NCBI GenBank assembly: GCA_002189035.1
Contig: NEEC01000011.1
Coordinates: 620,001 to 684,000, forward strand
Length of the DNA stretch: 64,000 nt
Source: Utricularia gibba
Lineage: Eukaryota > Plantae > Magnoliophyta
Direction of reading: 5' to 3'
Shown: positions 12,363 to 23,379 of the stretch, piece by piece
Numbering within the stretch: position 1 is the stretch's first letter
Layout of the letters: the number at the start of each line of letters is the position of its first letter
Notes under the pieces: generated by a model
Told to the model about the DNA's origin: nothing
Databases searched by the model: none
The model's input: the letters and a program-made list of their open reading frames with translations, nothing else
Program-made: the position numbers and the translations under genes

Positions 12363-13359
12363 ATAATGAAGACTTTGTTGAATCATTGATGGAGATAGGG
12401 GAAGTCTGCGGCTAGGACAAATGCTAAAATATACCAGTAAACACAAAAGGATGAGGCAAGAGAACAAGTCCTCTAAAGACTGCCCGATGATGATAGAAAG
12501 TTGCTGAGATCACGTTATGGTATTACATAGATTTGTGATAGCCCTTGTGCGGCAGCATGCCAGCGTTTTTGTTGTTCTTTAGTTATTAAACCTGTTCTTG
12601 GAACTGCAATTGTTCATGTAAGTTGAAAGTGAAACGTTACAACCTGGTGTGGAACACCCGAGAAATTCTGGTGTTCTTTCTTTATAGTTGTTTCGCTTTG
12701 TTTTTGTTTCAAATGTTTGTTTATTGGCCTGGTATTGTTCTTACAGATTGGTATTACAATGTTAATATACTATAATACCCCTCACTTGAAATAAGATTAA
12801 TTATTTGAAGGTTTTGAATTCATTCTAAATTTGTTTGCTATTTGTTAGTGAAAAAAGGAAATGCAATTTGACTAATAATACCGTCATGCGCTCTATTGGG
12901 TGAAATTTTTTAATCATAGAATATTCTACTACTTTGCAGTGAAAAAAGCTTGGATTTATTAGTAAAAACCCTTCTCCAACTTTTGAATATATAGATGTAG
13001 AAATATAAGCAAGGGGCCTTCCGTTTTTCTTTGATTCAGCAATTTATCATACAAGGGCAAAGGGGATAAATGAATCGTGTGGAAAGAACGTAGTAGGTTT
13101 GAAGAAGCTAAGGCTTCCAGCAATTGACTTTCCATTAGTAAATTCCAAGAATTTAGTAAAATGAGTTGAATGCCTCTAAGATTCAATCACATACCTCTTT
13201 GTCAGACAAGTTCACTCATTCCACACAATTCTTCTGCAAGAGAGTAGTCAAGAGCAGTAGGTCTCCTTCAAAGGGTATGAAATTAATCGAAAAAGCTGAT
13301 TCTTCGGATGGAAAACGGAGCAAGTGTTGCTGGGGTGTCCTTAGGATCGGTTTCAGTTG

Positions 13360-13945
13360 CATTGGATGACCATGTTTTGTTGTTGAAAAACGTTTTGTAC
13401 TTATTAGGTGCCTACCGGAACATAATCTCTATCTCTAGTCTGATTGAGATGGGATATGAATTTCATTTTGCTAAAATATATGTATGATATATTTCGCAAA
13501 TGAACTTATTGGTCATGGTTTGATACAAGACGGTCTATATTATCTTGATAAAGATGACAACAAAATATCATCAGACAAAGTCGTTAAAATTCATACGATT
13601 TCCAATGAATTCATTGGCGAGAATTATCTATATCATTTGAGGCTTTGTCATATTTTAAGTAATAGAGTCAACAAGTTAGGGAGTATGGGAATCTTGGGCA
13701 ATCTCGATTCAGATCTATGTCCAACTTGTGTCTCTTGTGTTGAAGGGAAAATGACAAAGAAGCCCTTTACGGGGCATTTTGAAAGAGCCACGAATATTCT
13801 TGAGCTAATATATTGTGATGTATGTGAGCTCAATGTACAGTCCAAAGGTGGTTAAAACTACTTCATCATGTTTATAGATGCTATTGTAGATATGGTTATA
13901 TGTATTTGATGAAGAGAAAGTCTGAAACATTTGAAAAGTTCAACT
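13360..13945 (+). mobile_element. Ty1/copia fragment (gag-pre-integrase plus integrase N-terminus; Angela-like)
   Basis: ORF 13484-13855 reads YLYHLRLCHI...CPTCVSCVEGKMTKKPFTGHFERATNILELIYCDVC, then NYFIMFID...KSETFEKF. Confidence 0.85.
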
Positions 13946-13949
13946 TTTC

Positions 13950-14450
13950 TCAGCAACACTAGTAACATCAACACAAATACTTGTTTGTGTCACATGCATC
14001 TCCAATGGCAATTACCAATGAGTCTTTAGTCGACTTTCACTAGCCATCAATGATGTACATGGCATAACCTTCACAATTGAGACAATGAATTAAGATAAGA
14101 TTCAATCGTATGTCTGGTACATGCTTGACATCTCTCAATATCAGCTTCATTCCCTTGTTTTGTAGGCAAATATCGCATTTACCTACAACCTTCGAGAATC
14201 GTCCATCTTCCATTTTCATGGTGCCAAAATCCTCTGCTGTATAAAATGAGAAAAACTCATTCCGTGATGTTACATGAAGATTGGGTCCACTATCTCTTCA
14301 GATATCTGATTGATGTTTTCATCATGAACTGTCAAGTTAAACTATGTGATGACATTTGTGTCATCATCATCTCTAGCTTCATCTTTTTCTCATTTCTGCT
14401 TTGCTTCTTCCCCTAAGTTCTGCATCCATGATTTCTTGATGCTCAGAGGT
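13950..14450 (-). mobile_element. Ty1/copia fragment (protease region; Tnt1/Tork-like), convergent with the preceding fragment
   Basis: Minus-strand reading FFSFYTAEDFGTMKMEDGRFSKVVGKCDICLQNKGMKLILRDVKHVPDIRLNLI resembles the Tnt1 segment GDFGTVKMGN...GIGDICIKT...LKDVRHVPDLRMNLIS. Confidence 0.75.
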
Positions 14451-14466
14451 TGAAGTATTTAGCATT

Positions 14467-14612
14467 AAATTTTTTATAGATCAAATATGTCATTTTGTAA
14501 ATATTTTGGGTCACATATGTGGAACCGGTACCGATTTAGATCAAATATGTTAAATCGATCATTTTGTAATGGGTCAAAAATACAAAAAATTCAAAATTTT
14601 AGATCAGAAATG
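14467..14612. repeat. Mutator-like TIR segment, inverted copy of 20152-20300
   Basis: aaattttttatagatcaaatatg...tattttgggtcacatatg...caaaattttagatcagaa aligns with the reverse complement of 20152-20300 over about 145 bp. Confidence 0.75.
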
Positions 14613-15160
14613 CCATCACCCCGTTGGAATGTACCTCCTTCACTTCGCAGTCTACAACATCCTGTACGGGAAAAACCATTTCTTCATCTACCTCTTACTC
14701 CAGGCGGGAGCTTTCTTCGTCGTCGGAGTTGGGTACGTGGGAACATTCGTACCAAACTGAACTACACATTCCCCTGCATCTTGGTCATTGTTGGACCAAG
14801 GGAGCCCCAAGAATTATTTCTGCTATTCCATTCGTCACTTTCCTTTTCCTTGTGAAATGTATGTTTCTGCATGGTGCGGTGACGCCATGAATTTGTTCTC
14901 CCCATTGGATTTTTCATTCTTGCGTTTGGTATTTTTGAAAACATCAAGTATTTATTTATATAATATATAACATGCTATAAATGAAATTATGTAAAAAAAA
15001 CTGAGACATCCTAGATATCTGAAAATTAATTTATAAAAAAAATAGTTCAGTTACGATTTCACTTTCGATTCAATTCAAAGTTTAAAAATCTGAAACTTGA
15101 ATTGAAATCAACAGTAAACTGTCGATTTGTTCGAAAAAATCATTTGGTTACAAATCGAAA

Positions 15161-15633
15161 CCATTCGATTTGGAACCTGTAGCAACTCTACTCTCAAGTT
15201 TGGTTAAGAGATTATTGCTCCATGAAGGTCTGATCAATGACTCTCAAACGAAGACTTTTATGAAGTTTCACCATGTCGAAGAGATGATATTCTTCAACCG
15301 CGCATTTGAAAATGAGGAATCCTGTAGTCTCTCGGAAGTTAAACTCAGCAAACTGAAGCACTTGAAGTTTACTGTGTGTCCTACGCTCAAGTACTTTAGA
15401 GTGGGAGAAGAGCGATTCCCCCAACTCCAAACTCTTGGGATAGACAGCTCCCAAACAATGAGGATCTCTCATGATGATATTCATGGCATTTCAACGCTGT
15501 CGAGGATTCAAATACGATCCTGCAGAGCCTTGATTGGGGAGACGAAGATTTCTACGTTGAGCTCCAAAATGAGCAGTTGAAGTTACAAGAAAAAGATGAT
15601 GGTGATTACAATGACCCAGATGCGGAGTTGTGA
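15161..15633 (+). pseudogene. Stand-alone NLR C-terminal LRR module, paralogous to 16048-16620
   Basis: FENEESCSLSEVKLSKLKHLKF...FRVGEERFPQLQTLGI...ISHDDIHGISTLSRIQIRSC aligns with the NLR terminal module. After a deletion and frameshift it continues DWGDEDFYVEL...* (stop 15631-15633). It starts at TTG and has no NB-ARC. Confidence 0.85.
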
Positions 15634-16047
15634 AGCAGCATCGGTCTGCAGTCGTATTCGCCGGCAACTGCTAAATTCCTGTGCGATTGCTTTTCGATTT
15701 GTTTAATATAATTGTGCTTTTTATGTTTTCCAATTTTTTCTCTTCTTTATAATTTTGTTGGGCTTGATGTTATAAATTTAACAAATATGGCATAATCATC
15801 TTTGCATCAAAAAAAACTTATCAAAAATATTTTTATATCAATTTCAATTTATTAATCAAATATATTTTTTCAAAACATATCTTTATTAAAATATATCAAT
15901 TTTTTCATTCATATATTTCTATTAAAATATTTCCCTACATATCACTTTTATGAAACGAGACACATCATTCAAACACATAATGTTCTCATAGATTTCAAAC
16001 AATTTAAGATAAAAGTATTCTTTTGTGGTTATTTTAACAATTTAACA

Positions 16048-19000
16048 CTACTTATTCTTCTTCTTCTTCTTCTTATTCTTCTTCTTCTTCTTCTTACTCT
16101 TCTTCTTCTTCCTCTTCTTTTCTTCTTCTTCATCTTCTTCCAATGTCAATAACTTACCATCAAACTTAACATAGAAGTCATCTTCTCCCCAATCATACAT
16201 CCTTTGTCTTAATATTTTCTTGGCTGATCTGATGACCGAGGCTCTGCAATTCCATAATTCAATCGACGATAGCGTTGGAATACCACAAATATCATCATGG
16301 GAGATGATACTCAACCCACTCACTTGATTTATTTGCAGAATTTGTAGTTAGGGAAATTGCTCTTCTCCCACTTTTAAGGACTTAAGACCATATGGGTAAT
16401 GAATCTCCAACTTTTTCAGTTTGGTAAATTGTCCTTGGGACACATTGCACCATTCCTCATTTTCAAATGTGCAACATGTTAATCGCAGCACCTCGAGGTT
16501 GAACAACTCCATAATAGTTCTTGTTCTAGGGACATCAATTAAAGTGCGCGTGAGAGCCAATTCCTTGAGCAAACTTGGGAGGGGGGATCCGTCCCATGCC
16601 TTCATCATTCTTATGGCCTTCAGATTTGGAAATCGGATTGCAGTATTAGAATACCATTTGAGTGTAGAAGACACTCTTCTGATTGCATGAAAGAGGAACA
16701 AGTGTTCCTGTTGGTGTGCTTCGTCAAATCTGCTTAGATACTTTATTACATCACTGTAATTACGCCTTCTCTGGTCATATCTTTGCAGACCCATCATCAA
16801 CATTTCAAGCCATGCAAACTCTTCGTCTTCTTCTTCTTCTTTAGCATCACAATTGTTGAATCTTCTATCCATCTCTACATAAAAGCTCTTATCCCCCAAA
16901 CTCCGCTTCCTCTCCAATATTTCCATCGCCGATTGAACAGTAGACTCTCCACAACCATCCAATCTGATCGATTGCAAGGATGAATCATCACAAAGATGAA
17001 AGGATGCATTACGAACATTGTGTAGCCAAACCCTTTCAAGTCGAGGGCAATCAATTTCAAGCCGACGATTTGCGTAATAGTCAGAAATCCCCAAGTATCT
17101 CAAACTATGAGATCCTATTGGAGTTTGATGAATGCTATACCTAAAAGCCAAATGCTCAAGATTAGGCATATCCCAAATAGCTCTTGCGATTGAGATTGTG
17201 CTGTCACCACATATTCCCAATCTCTTGATGGATTTCGGCAAGAAAGGTTTAACATAACTATAAATCATGCAATCTAGACCAATTAGTTGTTCTAGCACAA
17301 TGTCCCCCTCCTCTTGATGAGGCACAGAACCTAAAAATTTAAGTTGTGGCATCATCCTGCATGAGCATTTTTCATAACACAAATATTGTTGAACATTCCA
17401 CAATAGATTTCCTGGAAAATAATATTGTTCAAGTGATTCAAAAGGAATAATATGCTCGTCCACTCCATGAAAATGTGCAATCTTAACTCCATTACATCCA
17501 GATATGCTGCTAACTGAGAGAGTAGGATGTAGAAGTACTCCATAAATAAAGAGCTCCATTGTTTCAAACTTGTTGCATTTAAAACAAAATTGTGTGTAGA
17601 CAAAAAATTCTATCGGCAAAATAGAATGTATCTGATGGAAGATTCTACCGTAACATGACCTTGTACTGCTATTGCTCACGGGGACAATGTCGCAAAATCC
17701 CATAAAATAAGTAGTGGAGCAACCTACACATCTCATCGATTTAACATCGATAGATGACTTTCTATGGAAATATCTATCCATTCCTGCTCCCACACATACA
17801 TTCTCATTAGATGATTCCTTTCGACATATCTTGAGCAAAAGATCATGCATTCCGATACATTCAATTTTCATGGTATCGTTATATTCCCTAACAAAGATCA
17901 TGTGCCGTCCAACAAGATCTTTCAAGTAATTTAGCGCAATTTCTTCCATCCCTCGACCCTCTTCCGGTCTTACCATCGCCTCAACAATCCACCATCGTAT
18001 TAAATCATCAACTTTAATATATTCATCTTCAGAATAGGATGCAAAACTAAGAAAGCACAATTTAAGATGAAGAGGCATGTTATGATAGCTCAAGTATAAC
18101 GTTTTTATGCAACGCTCATCATCTTCCAAACTCACAAAGGATGTTACAGCATCTGCAACATTCCTCCAAGATTGCAAGGTCATGTCGGATTTTGAGAGAA
18201 GCCCACTAATTGTGACGATTGATAAAGGAAGTCCTTTGCAATTATGAGCAATCTCTCTTCCGATTCCGTGGAGTTCATCTGGACATGAGACTTTTTTAGA
18301 CAATAATTCCCAACTTGCCTCTTCATCTAATAAATCCATTTGGTGAATAAGTGCTGGGGAAAGAGATTCAGCAATACTTAACTGCCTTGTGGTCACAATA
18401 ATCCGACTTCTGTTATTCCAATCACTAAAATGTGTTACCAAATCATCCCAAGCCTTACGATCCCATAAATCATCCAATACAATCAAATACCTCTTATTAA
18501 AAAGCTCATGGTGCAATTTAAGCCCCAAAACAATTACCTCCTGAATTTTTTTATCAGCTACCATATCTTGAAGTATTTTTCGCACATCATATTCTTGAGA
18601 AACAGTGACCCAATAACACTTGTCGAAGTGCTTGACAGTCATTGAATCCTCATAAAATTTTCGTGCTAAAGTTGTTTTGCCACTACCACCCATACCGACG
18701 ATGGTTGTAACCTGTAGAGCTTTGACATGATTGATAAGTTTTTCCCTTATCTTTTGAAGGGGACGCTCAATTCCCACTAGAGTTGCTTCCTTTGCCTTCT
18801 TATTTGGAAGATGATCCCCTTCCTCCTTCGTACTCCTCGAGGAGCTAGATGATTCTTCCCGAATACTTGCTGGTTGGAGTGTCATCAACTTTAGTTCTTC
18901 ACTCAAAAGATCAATATTTCGATTGATATCAAGCATGGCTTTGCGAAATTCATCCCCAACAAGATGAATATCATGCACTTTTTGATCAACAACATGATAA

Positions 19001-19260
19001 TCAAGGATATTACTCCAGTTGAAGGCATAATCATTGAATCTTTGAGACATGTCTCTTACCTCTCGAGTCACATCCCTTGACTTGAGGCTTTCCAGTAACT
19101 TCATCCAAGAACGAATCTTGTCTTCAAAATCACAGATCTTCTTTAGATCAACTGCTAGTAGATTATATTTGTGATGCAACTGGATAGATTGGAGAAGCTG
19201 CAAAAGACGGAGCGCAGAGTAATAAGCAGATACTATTCCCGGATCCTCTTTCATCGCCAA
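16048..19260 (-). CDS. CC-NB-ARC-LRR disease-resistance protein (R1/late-blight-resistance-homolog-like). The 970-aa ORF 16348-19260 is cut by an in-frame TAA, and the same frame continues to 16048.
   Basis: Intact motifs: P-loop GMGGSGKTTLA, kinase-2 YLIVLDDLW, RNBS-B SRIIVTTR, GLPL CKGLPLSI, RNBS-D CFLSF and MHDLL. LRRs are degenerate. TAA at 16348-16350 corresponds to CAA in the paralog at about 15421. Confidence 0.93.
16050..16140. repeat. (TTC)n-rich low-complexity tract encoding poly-E/K at the NLR 3' end
   Basis: Interrupted TTC/CTT repeats; the minus strand encodes EEDEEEEKKRKKKKSKKKKKKNKKKKKKNK. Confidence 0.85.
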
Positions 19261-20151
19261 TCAACAGACAAGATTAGTGAATGAATGGGTGCTGATCTTT
19301 AATCTCGTCCTATACAGAAGAAAGATGTACCCTCAGAAATACTCCCCAGTTTTGCATACAGGAAAAAGTAGGTTGGTAGGAATCAAGAGAAGCTATGGGT
19401 TGCAGATGAGTTGACTCAAGTCTTCTACTCATCTTTCACACGTCTCTGGTATCTAATCCCCATAAACTTTATCAACAAATAGCAGCCAAAGTTATCATGG
19501 ACAGAGTTGGAGTTGGTTGGTGGGAATGCAACATCAACTATAAATGCATCACAATTATTGTGAAAGAAGAGAAGCCAGGGACACGGTCAAGATACATATT
19601 TCTTAAAGGAAAAATGGCCATCAATTGATATTAATCAATTATTTGCTCTGTATCAGTTGCTGTCAGTAGTTCACATTGCTGTACAAGACGAAGCACAGGC
19701 TAACAATCAGCTGATGCTAATAGTTTCTCACCCTCAGTTTCCATCGCTCATCACCACCATCAACAACAGCAAGTTATGGCTCTGCAACGTCATCGATAAA
19801 TTTAGAAGAATAATGTATTTCATCTAAACTGTCACTAAAGAACATGCTTCTCATCCAATAAGCAAACCCCAACTGTAGAGTGTCGTATTCCGATGGGATT
19901 GACAGCATTAAAACATAGACGAAGAGATATTCAATTTAATTTACAAAGAAAAATGTATTTTTGCATCTTTTGTAAATTCAAGATGAACATTTGTGCTTCA
20001 AATTGTCCATAAACTGATTGAAGCTCCGATTGGAAGCACAACGCATGATGTTTTTCACACCTTCCGCGTTCTGCTTCAATTCATTGGTGGCAAACAGCCT
20101 ATTGATCTTCTCTACGACTTTCGTTCTATAAAGAAAGTTGCCATCGACTTT

Positions 20152-20620
20152 CGTTCTGACCTAAAATTTTGAATTTTTGTCATTTTTTTACCCATAACAA
20201 AATGATCGATTCGATATATTTGACCTGAACCGGTACCAATTCCGCATATGTGACCCAAAATATTTACAAAATAATATATTTGACCTGTAAAAAATTTATT
20301 GTATTACATATTTGACCCATAAAAATTTAATTTTGATACTTTTGACCCATAAAATATTATAATGTGGTATATTTGACACAATGAAAAGTCATAAAACTTT
20401 ACAACGGAGTATGTTTGACCCAATAACTTTACTGTTGGTCTCATGTATAGTATTCAGTTGGTATATTTGACTTCTACAGTTTAATAAATTGACATTGCTA
20501 ACCATTGAAATTTGTCAAATATGCATATTTAACCCATAAAGTGTGACAAATTAACATAATTAACCCAATAAGTTTTTCAAATTGACATAATTAACCTATA
20601 AACTTTATCAAAATTTTAAA
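20152..20620. repeat. Mutator-like TIR / subterminal repeat block
   Basis: Repeated (c/t)atatttgacc(c)ataaaa-type units of the kind found in MULE TIRs. It adjoins the MULE coding region to the right. Confidence 0.7.
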
Positions 20621-20942
20621 AAAATTAAATACTTTTTGAAATAAATGTTGGTCGATAAGTGTCTTGTAGACATGGCCACGGCAGTCAATCCGAATATCCA
20701 TCGGGTCGACCTGCTACGATTCGAACCCGTGATTCGTATCTTTCTCTAGAGGTGGGTTCGGTTCCGAACCGTATGGTCAGGTTCGCCGTGGGCAATGTTT
20801 CTGGTTTCGGTTCGGAACCGTTTCTCGAAGGCTTGAACCAAACCAAAACTGGAACCTTACGGATGGTTTTGGTTCAAAACCGGAACCAAGATTTGCAAAT
20901 CAAACTGTAACCGAAACTGATCGGTTATTGTTTGTAGGTAAT

Positions 20943-21990
20943 TTCTAGACATCCATATGAATTATTATGGGTGTCTAGAAGTGAAATTTTTAATAATTAT
21001 TAATTTTTTATATTTTGATATTATCAAATAATATATTTAACAATATAAATTTTTGTATTTAACTAGATATATTATTCAATATACGATGTTAATTTATAAA
21101 AGACCTTAATTTAAATTACTTAATAAAGTACCCCAATAAAGTATAATTAAAATCAATATAATTTGTGATTTAAATAAATGAAATAAATTATTAAATTATT
21201 AGCATTTAAATACATTTCTTAAAATTAAATTTTTTGAAACAAATACAACAAGATTACAAATCATATAAAATGAATAGAGTTATTATTTATATATTTAATT
21301 TTTAAAAAATGAATATATTTATATAATTTTTTTATATAAACATATCATTTATTTCATAAAGTTTTTCCAAACTTTATATATTTGGAAAACCAAAAATAAA
21401 AAGAATTAAATAGATTATATTTATAAAATTAACATTACATATTTCACATCGAACATTTTCTAGACACCCTTAACAATCGTTAAGGGTGTCCAAACTCCAT
21501 AGAAGATCTCAAGCACCCCTAATGTGGGCGAATGGCATAAGGAACGTAAAATTATATTATCTAGGCATCCATACCCAAAATTTGGGAATTGCACAATTTT
21601 GAAAGTATTCTTAATTTTCAGAAATATAAAAAATTTTATTCTACATTAATTGGAATATTAAAATTTGAAAATGAAATTATTTAATATATCCTAAATACTA
21701 CAAAAAAATTAAACCATATGTTAAGTAAATATTGAAATAAAATTTTAGTAAATAAAGAGTATTTATTTGTTGTTTAGACCATTTTTCAGACACCCACATT
21801 ACCTCGTGTGGGTATTTGGAAAGAGAGTCGGATATCCTTTTCCAGACACCTACAATGTCTTGTGTGGGTGTTTAGGAACAGTAGGTAAAACCATTTTTAG
21901 GCACCCACTTCTCTTATATAGGTGTCTTAGAAGAGGTATTTGATACATTTTTCAAGACAGTCACTTCCCTCATGTGGGTTACTCAGGAGG
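20943..21990. repeat. Dispersed and tandem short hairpin repeats GACACC(C/T)A-n-TGGGTGTC, likely transposon subterminal repeats
   Basis: Palindromes at 20943-20980 and 21461-21490, plus four units spaced about 56 bp apart at about 21787, 21843, 21899 and 21955. Confidence 0.6.
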
Positions 21991-22329
21991 GTTGCCATAA
22001 CCCACGCCCGTATGCCACCCTCCACATGTGTAACCCACACATGTATGCCATCCTCCATGCCCTGTGTCACCCTCTATTAGGCACGGGTCCTATATGGTAT
22101 TTTCTATGCCTTTCTACATACTTGTATTTATTTTTTTATTAGATGTAATAAGAATGATAATAATAAGTATTCAAATAAATTAATTTTCACAAAACACAGA
22201 AATCATAAGCATATTATGATTGTTTGTATAATTTTTGTTTAAAAATTTAAAAAGCAAATATAATGCATAAATAGTGTCAAAGACAAATAACAAAGTCTAC
22301 AAGCTCATGCCAACAAACAAGTTCAATGT

Positions 22330-23260
22330 CTACATTTTTTTTGCAAGGTTTGCTTACTCGGCCGCTCCTAGATCGATGAGGAATCTCCATCACTTCTGCA
22401 AATTCATGAACATCATCTTCAACAAACCAATCTCGTACCATCTATAGAAACATAATAGTACTTAGTACCGACTAATAAATAACCAACAAATTTTGAAAAT
22501 TAATTACAAACAAGGGGTGTGTTTCGATAGTGTAAAGGTTGAGAGCTTGTTGGAGGACGAGATACACATAGTATAATACATAAATCCCGTACTCAATTGC
22601 ACCCTTTTGTTTAGAGACCTATATGTTGATCAATGTTAAAATAAGGAAAAAAATAATATCAACAAAGTCATACTAACCTCCGGCCGAAAAATAGGCAACT
22701 CAAGCTATTTCACACAATCATTATCCCAACCATTCACTTTAAAAATAGTGTTCACTAATCTATAGATCATGCATAACAAAAAGATTAACAAAGATTAATA
22801 ATAAAACACAATATAACACAAGGTATTAAAACACACTACTTACTTTTGAAAGTTACTTGTTATATGAGTTGACATGCTATGCATCGAATCAAAAACAAGG
22901 ATACACCGTTGGTATTTCTCTCCAAGATTGCACAATATGGCAAGAGTGTAGTGACGACTACAAGACATAGAGACAATTCAAAGTTGACACATATTCTAAT
23001 GGTATATGAGGAATATATACGTATAGAAAAGATTAATTCATGTTAATTGGCAAGAAGATATAATGAGTGTTGCATGGATTGTGCCTCACACACCAGTTTT
23101 CAATCATTTCCAAGTCAAACTTTTTCTCTACGGCATGTTGCATCCATAGGTTGTGGATGAATGCAACATTCGTTAGATGACCTGGTGGCTGCAATGCCAC
23201 GATTTTCCTATAGATAAAAAACAATGATCGTGAATAAAAATTCCAAGAAAACATAATTTA
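22330..23260 (-). pseudogene. Ulp1-like (peptidase C48) gene remnant carried by the MULE
   Basis: Minus-strand fragments HYIFLPINMN, FDSMH and QKGAIEYGIYVL (decayed QxNxxDCGxFV). The fragments are separated by intron-like AT-rich stretches and lie downstream of the MuDR gene. Confidence 0.55.
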
Positions 23261-23379
23261 TACTCTGTTGGATTCATATGTATTGCCTTACTCAATGATG
23301 TCGTCAAGTACACTCGCCATACACCCGTAGATGAGGAGCCTTACACCTTCGTTTATTTCTCGGAACCGGTTGAAACTTG

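Noticed and set aside
12480-12600. PLAC8-like fragment (RKLLRSRYGI...SPC...FCC)
   Set aside because: Very short and contains a stop; the similarity is too weak to call.
14487-14970. Overlapping short ORFs next to the TIR as a captured gene fragment
   Set aside because: No recognisable domain in any frame.
17352-17603. Alternative minus-strand frame (EYFYILLSQLAAYLDV...) suggesting compensated frameshifts in the NLR LRR
   Set aside because: The main frame also shows LRR-like patterns (LPIEFF, SSISGC, FPGNLLW). This cannot be decided without alignment to paralogs.
20943-21990. CRISPR-like array
   Set aside because: Eukaryotic context, no cas genes, degenerate repeats, and only short loops vary. 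Reported as transposon subterminal repeats instead.
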